Notes: generated by a model from the letters alone, not told the origin. A stretch of DNA of 62,283 bases, filler included, from Sphacelaria rigidula (GCA_964200075.2; 8 parts of 8 records of this genome joined end to end with filler, not necessarily neighbours in it), one strand, 5' to 3'. Counted from the whole stretch's first letter, positions 36,236 to 49,443 are shown. Numbers and translations are program-made.

Positions 36236-39200
36236 AGGGCACCCCAGGGAAGAATATCGCGAGGTCAGGTGCAAGGCGCGGCCCCGGTGTCGCGAGGAAA
36301 TATATCGACAGCAGTCGTTTCCGTACATTAACGATCAGCACTACTGGGCATACAAGAGCGACGACGGCAAGGTTGTGTCGAAACGCAGCTCCATGTTCTC
36401 CTTGTTCAAGGGCATCAAGACGAGCAACGGAGGTGGGATTGCGTTCGGGACAATCCAGTTTGACTCCGACTCTAACGACCGGAGGCGAAGCTACGCGAGT
36501 AGTGCTAACGGCAACGAAAGTCGCCCGAGCGGCCAGCATCAAGAACAGGTTGGACAGCCGAAAACTGATGGCTGAGGCCAGGAAGGAGGTGAGGAAGAAG
36601 GAGGAGGAGAAGGGTGAGGTAAAACAGACTGCATCCACATGACGGCGGATTGCCGTTGCTGCAAGGGCAGGTCGAAGCAGTGCTTCTATTCCCCTTCTCT
36701 GTCATCTCGCAGCGGCGACGGCGGGGTCAGCCTGGGTGGGGTGTATACCGCCTAAGGTGGTACCGGAGACCCTTGCGGTCTCAGTAGTTGCTGCCGCCGT
36801 CCGCTTCGCTGGGGCCACCATCGACCAGGAACGATATGGTGACGTTTTTGAGACGACCTCGCTCGAGGCTTCCCACGTAGTGTTGGCGAAAGCCTTGGCG
36901 GTGAGGATGATGGTGATTCGGATAACGACAGCACCGGCGGGCTGATGCCAACTGCTTCGCCGTCGAGAGATATGGGCGCCGGCGATAGCGAGGGACGTGC
37001 CGATGGTTGTGGTTTCGCCAGGCACGTAATTGTAGGTCCCACGATCGCGTTACCAGACAACACCGCCTACAGTGCGCGGCAGTTGGTGTTTTTGAAAGCT
37101 CCTAGTGTCCAGATACATTGTCCTTTGGGCGGTTGGGTCCATTCCTACGTGTCTCAAATTCCCGTCATTGCGGTGCGAAAAGACGTGCAATTTCACGGGA
37201 CCGGGCCTGCTGAATTCCACGTGCATCGAAGGTGGAGCTTTTTCTCCTAGAGTGTGCCTTTATGTTCGATCGGTCTCTCTCATCGTTGTTGGGTTTCTGG
37301 AGAGTTTCCTGCGTTGAGTGGAGATGCGAAATGCATATGTATATCAGTAGCGATTTTGACACAGCAATCGCATTGCTGTGTGCCGTTCATGTGTGTCTCG
37401 ATAGATACGTTTCTGCGGTGTATACCAGGCTGGGGTTACAGAGAGTGAGTGAGTGTTGTTATGGGATACTCCAAAATGAAAAGGACGTGTATTTAGTATA
37501 TCAATTTGACCCACTCAGGAAAGTCACATGCGAGTGTTCGGGTCGGCCGGTGATTATGTGGAAGAAGTGGGATGGATCACTGGGTATCGTCGTTCAACTG
37601 GTATGTTGGATCTGATTTAATCTGTTTTCGAGATTAGTGTTGGGTTTTTATTCGAGGCTACAGTCGCTTCGTCATGCATTGTGCGTGTTGATTGCCCATT
37701 TCCTGGTGCATTTGTCATGTGCATATAGGTTAAATCTTGTATTCATGGGCATGTGTTTGCGAGCTCACGCGTGTGGTATTTTGGACCAGTCAAATGAGTG
37801 CCAAATGAACAGGGTCGACGGATATCGTAGCCTAAGAAGCGATTTTGATTGTTGCATTCGAAATGTATGTACTTTATATTATTTGTCGTGGAATCCAAAA
37901 GACGATACACTTTTTTTTGCGAAACGAGACACTCGGGAGCTTGTCTGCGCTTTCGCTCCCCTTGAATGTAGCTACAAACTACCATTTCGATTCAACTGTA
38001 CTCGAGATGATTTGGTAGTGATTGTGCTTCGACGTAATATAGGGTTCGGAGATGGAACAGTTGTTGTATACGGAAGTGTCGTGCGTTCATGAGTGGAAGT
38101 CACGAGAGGGTCGAGCGCTCGGAATTTTTGTTGAGAATATTGTTCTTGTGTGACGTGTGGATATTGGTTGCCCACAGCAGCGGCGTCAACACAGTACGTA
38201 CTAGATGTGTGTTTGTGTGAGGAAGACACGCTAATAATGTACTTCTGTGTCGTCCCCGCACCGTTTCGTAGACAAGGTCTGTCTTTCATTTTTTGCTGGC
38301 AGCCGGTGCACGTTCAGAGACGAATTCAACTGTAGCTTTGTTACTGATTTCGCACAGAACATGTCTGCGATTACCACCCGATTGTGCTGTATGTGGATTG
38401 TTGGTGGTCACCGGCAAATTTGCCGCCGCTTGGGTTATCACAAATATTGAGAATTAGGAGCTTCAGGGGACTCCGGGAATAGGAGGCGCCGTCTTTACCG
38501 TGTTGCCCCTTGTGCAGATATCGACATCAGATATATAAGAGAAGGCCTCCCCTCTCGAGAAGATTTGGTGTATTTGGGTGATTACGGGAAAAAATGGATT
38601 GCGAAGTATATTTTGTCTTGCAAGTTGATGACGAAGCGCCGGATGGTGGTGATGTCCGCGGCGTGACCTCACAACGTCCACTGCCTGTAATGGTCGTCTT
38701 TGATTCCCTCTACTACCCCAACCGAGCACTTGCGTTTCAAGGCTGACGAATCCCGACCCCAGGCAACTTTTACTTCATTCAGGTCTAAGGATGTCACGCC
38801 CTGCGGTGTGCTTTGTCACCCTGCACCCTGCCGCTGTGCAGGGAGCAGGTAGTACCGCTGCAGGCGTCACGCTGCGGTTGGTACGCAGTGTCNNNNNNNN
38901 NNNNNNNNNNNNNNNNNNNNNNNNNNNNNNNNNNNNTTAATTAATTAANNNNNNNNNNNNNNNNNNNNNNNNNNNNNNNNNNNNNNNNNNNNGGACACAA
39001 TCCCGGGGAGCGGTGGATTCTCATTTCAAAATACCTTCTCATTTTTCTGGCAACCCTGTTTTTTGCCTGTTTAACACCGTCAACAATGTTTTCGTGAGAT
39101 TGAGAGTGGCTTTGATCATTCGCTTCAACTTGGCAATTTTTTTACTCCGTGCGTGCTTTTTTTCGCCTCCATCACTGGCGTGTGCTTATAGCTACACATC

Positions 39201-40079
39201 GATATCCTGCTCGGATATCAAGGGCGTGAGTGACAAGCTCCTTCAGAAAGCATATTGGGCGTCGTGGAGGGAAATTTCGAAACTGAAACGGGATATTCAC
39301 TCATTTACCGCTCTTCATTGTCAAACGTATATTTCACTCTCAAGCACACGAAAACCTTGTTCGTATGTTCATCATTATTCGTCGACATCATACTCAGTGA
39401 TACCGAAGACTTCAGTGGCACGATACTACAGAAAGCGTGAATAAGGTCTTGAGGGGCATTCCGGAACTGAAACTATTCTATTCATTTCATGACCGATTCT
39501 CACTCTCAGTCGTATCCTAATCTCAATCTCAAGATGAAACGTTGTTACTTTCCCCGAGACAGTCTAGCAAAACAACCGACTGGAAATTTCACCTCTGTCA
39601 GAACTTCCTCTCGTTCGCCTTGTCGCGCGTTGTTGCTCGGGTGCCTACAGCCGCACGTTTATCGCCTTTCGTATATTCGAAACGGCTCTCATCAGGTGTA
39701 GAGAAGAACATGGTGCCCGAGGATTATTCAAGTCCCTTGGACATTTGAAATGGGCAGGGACTTCCCCACCAGAGAAATTTCCCTTTTCTTACATCAGTGG
39801 AACGTTTCACACTCTGGACAATTTGGTCATTGGATACAACAGACAGGAGAATGCATGTACTCGGGGTGAAATTACTCTATCCAGTAGTTGTCTCGTCCAT
39901 GATTGCATCTATTGGTCATATATTGCCATGAATTGCCAACACTCTGGAACGTTCCCGGCAAGGAAATTTTTTTCCCGAGACGTAAGCGCCGAAGTTTTCA
40001 CTTCTTTTGAAGAAAGCATCCCCTCCTTCATCTTTTCGACAAGTGTCGGGAAAAAAACGACTTTCATCACACCCTCAAA

Positions 40080-40181
40080 CCCTTGGACCACGAGGATACG
40101 TCACCTGCTGAATCGGCATGAACATTCACTTGAAAAAAGTATGCGTAACCAAGATGGACTACCCGCATCGCGGTCCAAGGG
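40080..40181. mobile_element. piggyBac-type MITE, copy 2 (inverted relative to 1261-1366)
   Basis: CCCTTGGACCACG / CGCGGTCCAAGGG termini; internal CACCTGCTGAATCGGCAT shared. Confidence 0.7.
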
Positions 40182-42731
40182 TTGAAGAAGCCGACGGAAG
40201 CTCTCCTCTCACACGGTGACAGTCATTTCGAATGTATGAAAGGCTATGCATATGGTTTTAGACACACCGAGTATCAACACAACACAGGATCCTAGAACTT
40301 TCAGATGGGGCTGAAGTCATCTTCCGAAAAATTAGATGACGAGTAGTTCCATCAGACCAGCCGGGATAGACAAGTCGGTGCACCTGATCATATCCGCATC
40401 GGACACCCTCTTTGACGCAAAGGCGTACAGCATAGAAAAATCCACCCGCAAAAAGCCCTGGTAACGAACGCCTTCTTCAAATACGACACCACGATAATAT
40501 TGAGGGCCGCACCAACTGCCAGCCATCGGTTACTTGCATTTCTTCGCGAGCATGAGGACGGAGATTTACGTTGCATTACCTTATCGAAAAATTACGATTG
40601 ATGATGGTGGTGGGTAATAATGGGGGAGAAGGACACGAAACGTTTAAACAGAGCGAATGCTCAGCATGCTAAAAATTCAACAACATTGCTAGTATACTGC
40701 TAGCAGAACACCGCGCAAATACACGCGCACACACAGGCCATAAGTGGACGATAAACAAAAAAAAAGCAAACAAAAGAGGCGCGGTTACACCTATACCAAA
40801 CGTCGAGTCAAACCTTCGAAGACCCGGCGGCACTGATTCATCAACACGTGCGATTTGCTGGCAGAAAACATAATCCATACAGGGAAACCACAAATACAAG
40901 TAAGCAAGAGGGTAAAATACAAGATCGATAGCTCACCGCTGTCGTTCTCTATATGACCTCATTTTCTCCCAGGCTGTCCGACATGCACGCACCATAATAA
41001 TAAAGGGTGAGAAAAAGAGTGCCCTGTTGCACATGCCCCACAGAGCACAGGGTCCTGCGGATCAACAGCGACTACAAATAAACGGAGGGCACACACATTA
41101 TAATATCGCGCATGTACCATATTCCGACATCCAAACCAAACTGTCGCCGCACAGACCCCACCGCAATGTGCAGAGTACGGTAAATCTTTCCTTGCGAATC
41201 GCCCCATCCACCACAACATGCGACCCCAACCTAAAAAACTGCCGTCACCATCACCCCTACTGACCAAACGTGAGGTATGTTAGTAGTAGCCCTTCGTGGC
41301 TCTGTTCAAACACCCCCCTCCCTCCTTCGAGCGTACCCTGACGACCACTCTGATGACTTAAAACAGAGGAAGTCTCCGCGATACCGTGGTGTTTTGAAGT
41401 ACCTTATTTTTCATCCAGCGGCACATAAACCCGTCTGCGAGCATGCCGTTCCTCTTGTGCCCTCGGTTCCCATCCCGCCATTCCTCAATGTCCCAGCCAT
41501 GCAGTTCGCCCTTTAGACAAGCTACAACTGATCATGAGCAAAACCCTTACATTGCAGCGATGCACGCCTCCGACCCCCGTACACAACGCAAAAGGAAAGG
41601 AAAAAAAACAGAAGAGCAAACAGCTCATCGCAACGGAGAACAAAACCAAGAGACTGATGTGTACTCGCGTCTGAGTGAAGTCACCCTCTCCGACGTAATC
41701 GAAAAACCACAGTTTTCGACACTCCGACGGCGGTCCTCCAATAAGAAATACCGGATACCACATCCATGACAAAACCTATGTACACCTTCACCTGCATCAT
41801 CACCACCTTCCCAACCGCTGGTGTGATCATTCACAACGGCAGAAATAGACGGCTTAGTTAAAATTGGGCTTGCGCGAATGAAGCTACCGGTCATGCCATG
41901 CGCTCTCATACTACAGGACAGAGGAGACATATTCCTCTACTACCGTCGACGACAAGAAATGAATTTCCCCAGGCTACAAAAAATGACCGACCGATAAAAA
42001 ACGGGTCTACTCTCAATAACAGTACGGCGGGTCGATTCCTTCCCCCTCATTGCCGACATAAAACACCCATAGAACATAATCCGAAGTAATCAACATGAAC
42101 AAACTTCATCTTCAGCTATAACAGGCAGAAACAGTTGAAGAACAAGCCTGCTACATGTGACGTCCGACATATTTACTAGACTCATGCTCCCCCCAACCAA
42201 AAACACGTCATTCTCCCGAAGAAAGAGATATATCCAGCTACATATTCGCCCCTCTTCTCCACCTCTCGTTTTCGCCCAAACTCGGCATTTCACGCCCATA
42301 TCCTTCCGTTGGACAACACGAACCAAAAAAACACTTACGCAACACTGTGATTGATGACGAATGTCAGATCGGGATACACGACCCCCAGCTCTTCTCCCCC
42401 CCTTTTTTGGTACACGACAATACACTACCCAATGTTTACCCAATCTACCCAAGGGTAAATGATAGTAGAATCAATGCTCCACGGTTTATCCCTCAAGCAG
42501 TCGAGTAGAGCATTCACCGTAGTGATGTCTTCCCACCAATCACCACGAACGAACCCCACTGCCCGATGAGGAGGGGGTGTTGACCGCCATACCACGACCA
42601 GTTTTCCCAGCTCCCTTGCCCGAGAGAAGGTAGGGGACGGGGCGTTGTCACCTCCATAATCACGACCATTTCTCGCAGCTCCGTTGCCTCATGGAGAGGG
42701 GGTGTTGACCTCTGTATCAATATCAGTTCAC

Positions 42732-45700
42732 TCAGCGGTTTACCGTCGGAAGAGTCTTGACGTTCGACTCGCGTTCCGCCGGTGGACGGCAGCAGAACAC
42801 GTAAGACGCGATGACCCCGACCCACATGATCCCAACGTACATGCCTCCATCCTGACCACCGTACAAACCCGCGCCCGTACAGGCCCCCAAGATCCAGAAT
42901 ATGGAGAAGAACACGCAGAAAGATCGCTTGGCTCCTGGCTCTTTGGAAAAGCACCGCGAACACAGCATCAGGATGCCAAGAGAGCCCACGATGCCGAACG
43001 CTGCAATCGACGTCTTCAGGCTGCAGATTGAGCACTTGGTGATCCCCTTCACCTTGCAGCTGGACACCGCACAGAGACCGTCGGCCCCGCTTGTCTCTTG
43101 CGTGCACTCGCAAGCTCTCTGTCCGAAGTACTCAGGTCCATCAATGACAGTGGTCCATTCCTGAAAAACATTTGGGCAAAAGGAGAGGTCAACACACAAT
43201 GATACACCGGGTTGGAAACATCAGTGTCTGCGGCAGGATTACGACTTGCATTCCCTTCCCCTTCCAACACCTGGTGTGCCGATCAATCCGTATCTTGTAG
43301 GGTATGAGTAACCATCGAATGTTCAAAATCAAGCGGAGGGGACGTGAGTTTTGGTTGTCGAGCGCATCCTGACCGGAGTACCGCACTGGAGGAAAAATAC
43401 ATACATGTGCGTATGTGTGAGCTCACGGAGTGACTCCCACAAACCGTCCCAATTTGAAAAATTACAGGGGAAAGGTATTGGGGGGATGGAGACCATGATC
43501 GAGAACACGACGAGCGTATCACGTAAAAAAAAAAGAGAGGGTTGACCGTTCCATTGGAACTGAAGCATATGAGCTGATGCAAAGGAACACCACGATCAAA
43601 AGTTCAAATAAGTGTGGTCTGCTGCCGTGTTGAACTAAATACGGCAACCGGATCATATTTCGTCGAGACCCGATGAGTCATCATCCAAGGGTGATACAGC
43701 AGTAGGAGAGGGGAAAGAGGCAGACTAATTTACCAAGTACCCGTACTTTACAGTATCCGTCCACTCTCCCAACAGCCTCAACACCTCTGCTACCCATGAG
43801 CAACGGATCCCTGAATTTTGTATCTCCGCCGTGGGTTCCGAATCATTATTCCGGGGAAAAGCACAAAAGCTTCGTATACAAGAGGGGCTTCGGGACCCCA
43901 AGGTCATTGCCACGCAAGTGGCCTGAGCACTCGAAAGATGAAATCTAAACACCACCACAACCAAGACAGCTGCTCTGCAATGACGTGTCCATGTTGTAAG
44001 CATCAACGGCAACGCTGGCGGGATATGAAGGCGTACAGGATGCAGCCAGCCTGCCTGCGTACCAAAAGCGTCTGACGAGCACATCAAGAATCGACGTGGC
44101 TGCTCTCAACCATATTGTACTTGCTGCGATCCTGCCGGTCATAGATGAATATACGCGACATCTTTTCAGCACCCGAGCTGTCTAAAACATGATCATCCTA
44201 TCCTCCATCCTCCATCGTAGGTGTGTTCGTGTGTGTGGTGCGTGCATCGTGCTGTTCAAGCATGTACTCCGATGTATCCTCGTGTGTTAATTTTGCACTA
44301 CGAGCTGGGCCAGCCGACAATTTTCTCGTCAGTTTACAGGTGACGCGGGGCTTAATTGGGGAGCTAGGCGCTGAAAAATTGTCACGACATTTTCACCGAG
44401 AAAAAAAAAAAAACAGACGCCTGGAGCGACTTGAAACTTCAGCAAACTTCTGAAAATGGCATAGCAACATGGAACACGGCGGCATCTCGGGTCACGAATA
44501 TTTTACTTGCAAGCAGAAAATCCTGGTAATATTTCGACCAACTCTTGGAATGAGCCCAGCTTGGAACTGCATGTACGGCACCGCTGCGCCCCGGTAATCT
44601 TAGCGATACAGGACACGGCGGTTGTGGAGATCACGAGTTGGAATCCCGACGAATATTTTTTTCCTGGCAGAATCTGATTCCGAATTTGAGGTCATATACT
44701 ATCCGAACGCCGGTCGCCCCGGTGGCTCAGTTGGTAGCTACGAAACCTTCTGACGGTTGGGTCGTGGGTTCAAGTCTCGGAGCGATCTGGGATTTTTTCT
44801 CACACCATGCCCAACAGTGGAGAGCGACCACGTCGTGGGTACACAAAATTTGACTTAACGGTTGACGAAGGAAGGGGATTGCTGGACCCCTCTCGCGATA
44901 AAAAATAACAGGCTAGCACCGCAGAAGGAAGGTGGGGTACTAAAAAACAATTAAAAAAGAAAAAGCTCTTGCGTTGACCTTCCTCCTGCATGACCCCGGC
45001 TGGTGCGCCCACATATACCGAATGTAGACTGGCGTCCAGAGTAGATGGGACGAGAAAACACACGATCAGCACGTTCTCTTCTTTATTAGACCGCAGAGCG
45101 TGGATGAACAGGTTGCTCCGCAGGTCACAGCGGTGTTCTTCACTCAGATCGGGCTGATGCGGGAAAATGAGAAGGTCTTCATGTGCTCGCGATATACACA
45201 TTTTACGGCCGGCCCTGCTTCACATTTCAACAAATATCTAGGGCCGAGGCTGCCTAAGAGCAGGGCGGCGCGTGCACTGCGCCAAGTCCATAATGGGTTT
45301 TACTGAGGGCATCCCCCACACTGCCTTGGGCCACCGCTCGAGGCGCATTCCCCACAAGACTGCCGCGAGGTGGTCTAGCCGAGCCTTCGGGTAATCGGCA
45401 CACGAACTCGATGGCGATCGCTTGCGGGGTAAGTCTTGGGATGGGTTTCCTCCTTCCATCAAGGAAAAGAATATTAAAAAAAAAACAGATATTCCTTATA
45501 TATGAATCCGAACAACTCTGACCTCGAAGCGCGATGCATTTGACCATCCCGATTTGTACAAAGAAGAGAATTTTAGCCCGTCTTTTATATGTCACCTTTC
45601 TGCTCAAGTTGGGACACTCCCGCATCTCCACAATTTTTCTTCAGATATATCGATGGAGATGTAAAGGTGTCCCGATTTGAGCAGGAAGGTGGTGAAACCA

Positions 45701-46440
45701 AAAGTCAACCTCCAGGAAATCAGAGAATTTATTTGGTTTGCTCACAGCTAGTCGACAAACATCACCTAACGGACTGGGGTCCAAAAATCAATCCACCGGA
45801 GAAAATCGACAGTAGACGGGCTGAAATCCTCACATTTGTCGACATTGAGATTGGTTGCCATTAAAGATGGGCTTACTCGCAAAAAGACGTCAGTGCTTCG
45901 ACACTTAGCATGCGTACCCGCTCATCCTCCCCTCCCCCGGAAAAAAAAAAAGAAAACCACACTCCTCCGTACCTGGCAGTACAACCCGTTGGTCGAGCCC
46001 GTGATGCACTCATAAACCTCCTTGACCTCGTCGCCTGTGCTGTAGTCTTGGCAGGTCCAGCTGGGACAGAAGAGTCGCGTCTCCTTGAACTCTTTATTGC
46101 AATGACACCGAACCGCCCCGACCGACAGGCGCTCCTGGCATTCTTGGAGATTCCGTCTACGAAAAGAATCGTCATCGTCGTCCTCCCCAGAACAGGAGTC
46201 CGACAGGTCAAGCCGTATTTTGTCGCACGTCGACTGAGCGCAGTAGTTATCGTTCACGTCGTTACAATAGCACTCGTCCATGAGATCCCCGGTTTGGGGC
46301 GTCTGCGGCTTGTTCATTATCCATTCGATACAGACCAATGCTCCGCCACCGTTGGCGGTCGTACTCGTGCTGTTCGCTTGCTCCTCCTCGTTCGTACCGA
46401 ATTCTTCGCAGAAGTCGAACGTTGCCGAGACGCCTCCAAC
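42732..46440 (-). CDS. 3' part of a cysteine-repeat membrane protein with about 3 C-terminal TM helices; exons 45973-46440 and 42732-43160
   Basis: Exon A is 468 bp (TAG|...CAG|GTACGG); exon B is 429 bp including stop (TTTTTCAG|GAATGG). The phase-0 join gives GLYCQ|EWT, completing the same CxxW repeat. Hydrophobic C-terminal segments. Confidence 0.8.
44712..45063 (+). mobile_element. tRNA-derived SINE family A, copy with tRNA-like head (44712-44787)
   Basis: A box TGGCTCAGTTGG, B box GGTTCAAGTC, stem GGTCGC/GCGATC, loop TTCTGAC (CTG, Gln-like); the body recurs at 20435, 23240 and 54415. Confidence 0.7.
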
Positions 46441-47255
46441 CTATCCAAGGAAAAAGTCGACACACAAGAAAAGAGACATGCGAGATTCTCGTTGAAAAAC
46501 GTTGCAAAGGTGCTGACCGTAGGGTAGGGTAGTTAGTTAAAAGGGTGGGGTATCTTCGGAGAGCTTCGATAGCCTCGGCACCCAGCAATACTGAGTATTA
46601 TCCGCAGTCGATACCCCCCCCCCCCCCCCCCCCGCCCCAAACCAAACCCACACAAAAAACAACACAAACGCCACAAAACAAAACCACAAANNNNNNNNNN
46701 NNNNNNNNNNNNNNNNNNNNNNNNNNNNNNNNNNTTAATTAATTAANNNNNNNNNNNNNNNNNNNNNNNNNNNNNNNNNNNNNNNNNNNNTGACACATCA
46801 CTTGATCGCAACGACGTAGTCAGACCATTGCAACAAAAGATCCCCTCCTTCAGGAAAAACCGATTAGAGCCTGAAACAGTTTTAGTTCCGCCATGCCCCC
46901 CCAGGCGTAAAAATGTTTTGTGCCGTATCTCACCAACCAGCCTGCCGAATTACTCGAATGGGGTACTACTGTACGGTAGCTGCATGCACAGGACGTGTGC
47001 TCAAGCAAAAAAAGAAAAAAGTTGCCTGTAAGGAACGCTATAGAGCATCCACTCTGAATCTGATTTCACGCTCTGAATCTCACGAATATGTTGTTATATG
47101 TGCTTTGACATTTTCCCCGAGGAAGTGTACTTTTCCCGAATCATTCGGAGATTTCGGGAGAGGGAAATACCCGTTTACAGTATCCCTTACAATTAACTGC
47201 CTGTATTATTTTCATGCGTCATCTACAGTTTTCTCGGTGGATTCATCAACATCTA

Positions 47256-47674
47256 ACAGTAAATTCTCGAAAATGGGATTGAAAAAAAAATGAGGTTCAA
47301 CTCAAAAGCCGTGTTTTCCCTGACCTAAACTCATGATACATGACTTTCATACGAACGACCCTATCCCTCCCGACCTGCCTAAAACTATTTTAAGGGATTC
47401 CTAGCCTTCCGTTCCCCCAACGGGTATGTGCGAAAGCACGATTTTTGGGCCAAAAACATCCCTTTTTCACCGCGAAATCGAGGCAAAAGCGTGCTTTCGC
47501 ACACACCCTTTGGGGGAACGTAGGGCTATAAACCCCCCGAAATAGTTTTAGGGAGGTCGGGAGGGATGAGGTCGTTCGTATTAAATTAAAATGTCGTGAG
47601 TTTAGGTCAGGGAAAGCACGACTTCTGAGTTGAACCTCGTTTTTTTTTCAACCCCATTTTCGAGAATCCACTGT
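47256..47674. mobile_element. Foldback element / long-TIR MITE, arms about 190 bp
   Basis: ACAGT..ATTCTCGAAAATGGG.TTGAAAAAAAAA.GAGGTTCAACTCA...GTGCGAAAGCACG is mirrored by CGTGCTTTCGCAC...TGAGTTGAACCTC...CCCATTTTCGAGAAT..ACTGT; flanks CATCTA / TATCTA. Confidence 0.85.
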
Positions 47675-48228
47675 TATCTAATAATAACCCGATATCCTCT
47701 TGTATTTCAACATGCCTCAATCCTAACCGACAAATATATTCCCTCAAAATTTTCCTCTCTCAACCAGATTTTCTCTTGAAATATATCTTGATACCACCGT
47801 CATCATCATGACAAAAAGTCATGGTACCTGACATAACCTCCGACATCACCATTCTTTTTTCGCCACCAACCAGAGCAATCAGTCAAGAGCGAGCGTTATG
47901 GACCAAATCTATCCTAAAACTGCGCGCCACTTCGTTCGGAGATGAAACCTTTCAAGTTAATAAAATTTCGGGAAATTCCCCCTGAATAAAAGACTGGCTG
48001 AAGTTGCAGAATCCTTTACGTGACACCATCCATATTCAAAGTCCCTGCGCTCCGAGGGGTCGTGGATGATGTCAGCCGTCGACCAAGAAATATTGCTCAA
48101 TCAGATTTCATGAGTATTTTTTTGGCCAATCAGGAATCTGCGTCACTTTCCCTTTTTTCTCTGCTGCACATGTGTAGTGATGGCACCAGCAGCAAACAGG
48201 GATGTTTGGATCTTTATACGTGACAGTC

Positions 48229-48927
48229 GGCGCGCTTCGGTGGTCTAAACTAAAATGGTGCAACTGACACCAATATTAGGGCGGGAAATCCTCGGGTTCG
48301 GTTCCCGCGGGATGCACCGAGGTCAGATTGTTCCTCAAAAACACTAGTATCTGATTTCCGCCGAGATGAGGCAAAATCAATCTGTTCTGGGTGAGTTTGT
48401 TAGACGATGATCAACGCGGTGCGAGGGCGTGCTAATGGTTATGATCCAATCCGCGATATCCACATGTAACGCGTGTGCCGAGAAGAGATTAGTCCATCCC
48501 TTGGGACCATGGACTCGCCCCAAGTAAGGGGATGGGGGCTAGAATTGAAAGTTAAAAAAGTACCCTGTACTCTGGCAACGCGGGACCGTTCTTGGAGTAT
48601 AAAATCCTTGGGCCTTTTCCTTTTTTTTCGTCGTTTTATTGTACTTTATTTTATTTGCCATCTTGACTTTCCTCTTTTTTTTCTTTTTTTTTTTAGGTCG
48701 GCCATTTCCTTCTGTGCTTTGCTTGTCTTGACTTTTTCATCACTTTTTTTTGTTGCGACTTGGTCTGCTATGTCGTTCTGTTCGACCTTTTTTTTGTCCG
48801 GTTCCTTCTTTTCTTCAGTGCGTGTTTTAGTCTCGTTTTTTCGTGGGTACGTCTATCACGAGACCACGGCTGAACCTCTGGGGGGTCAGTTAAAGTGCGA
48901 CAATGAATGAATCAATCAATCAATCAG
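48229..48927 (+). mobile_element. SINE-like family B: degenerate tRNA-like head, T-rich body, (AATC)n tail
   Basis: GGTGGTCTAA (A-box-like) and GGTTCGGTTCCC (B-box-like); 3' end shared with 690-921 and 25975-26045; body shared in reverse with 31195-31332. Confidence 0.6.
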
Positions 48928-49185
48928 TACCCTTTTAGAGCACAGACACCGCATTACCTTTTTGGTATATTTGCGTTTCTCTATGGGATGGGGGACGTGC
49001 AATCCAAGGCTCTTGATGATTGTTCGGAACTGTAGACGGGAAAAAAAAAAAAAATGGAACACTGTACACATGCTGTCTTCCCGTCAGCACGGGACAAGCA
49101 ACGTACTAGTTCAGCCGTGTTTTTTTTTCGTTACACTCTAAAAAACGTCTCTCCTTCCTCGGGATGAATCCGTGGTCTAATAATC

Positions 49186-49443
49186 CAAGGGTCGGACAAA
49201 TCAATGATTCGTCTGGAAATAACTTGGTTTTAGTGTAATCGATTCGAATCGTACGAATCAATCCCTCGGCTTTGTTTTCAGCGTTGCAACCCAGGTACAC
49301 GCAACCCAGACACGTGGAATGGCGAAAAAGTTGCGTGGATACCCCTTGGACCAGCGGTCAACTTTTTTCTCCCTTTTGAGCAATCAGGCCGAAGAAATCG
49401 TGGAGTTGGTGATTCGAACCCGTGATGATTCGTCCCAACCGTG
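49186..49443 (+). mobile_element. 258-bp hAT-type MITE
   Basis: TIRs CAAGGGTCGGACAAATC / GATTCGTCCCAACCGTG; reverse-complement homolog of 52290-52547; flanks TAATAATC / GAAACATC (5/8). Confidence 0.75.

Noticed and set aside
36736..36945. DNA methyltransferase motif (VRFAGAT) beside the ParB-like relic
   Set aside because: No acidic residue before FAG, no GxG pattern, and no DPPY/NPPY or PC catalytic motif nearby.
44712..44787. Functional tRNA-Gln gene
   Set aside because: Mismatches in the acceptor and anticodon stems, a poor D arm, and it runs into a body repeated elsewhere; better read as a SINE head.
45910..46527. 205-aa plus-strand ORF
   Set aside because: Antisense shadow of the Cys-repeat exon, which has proper splice sites.
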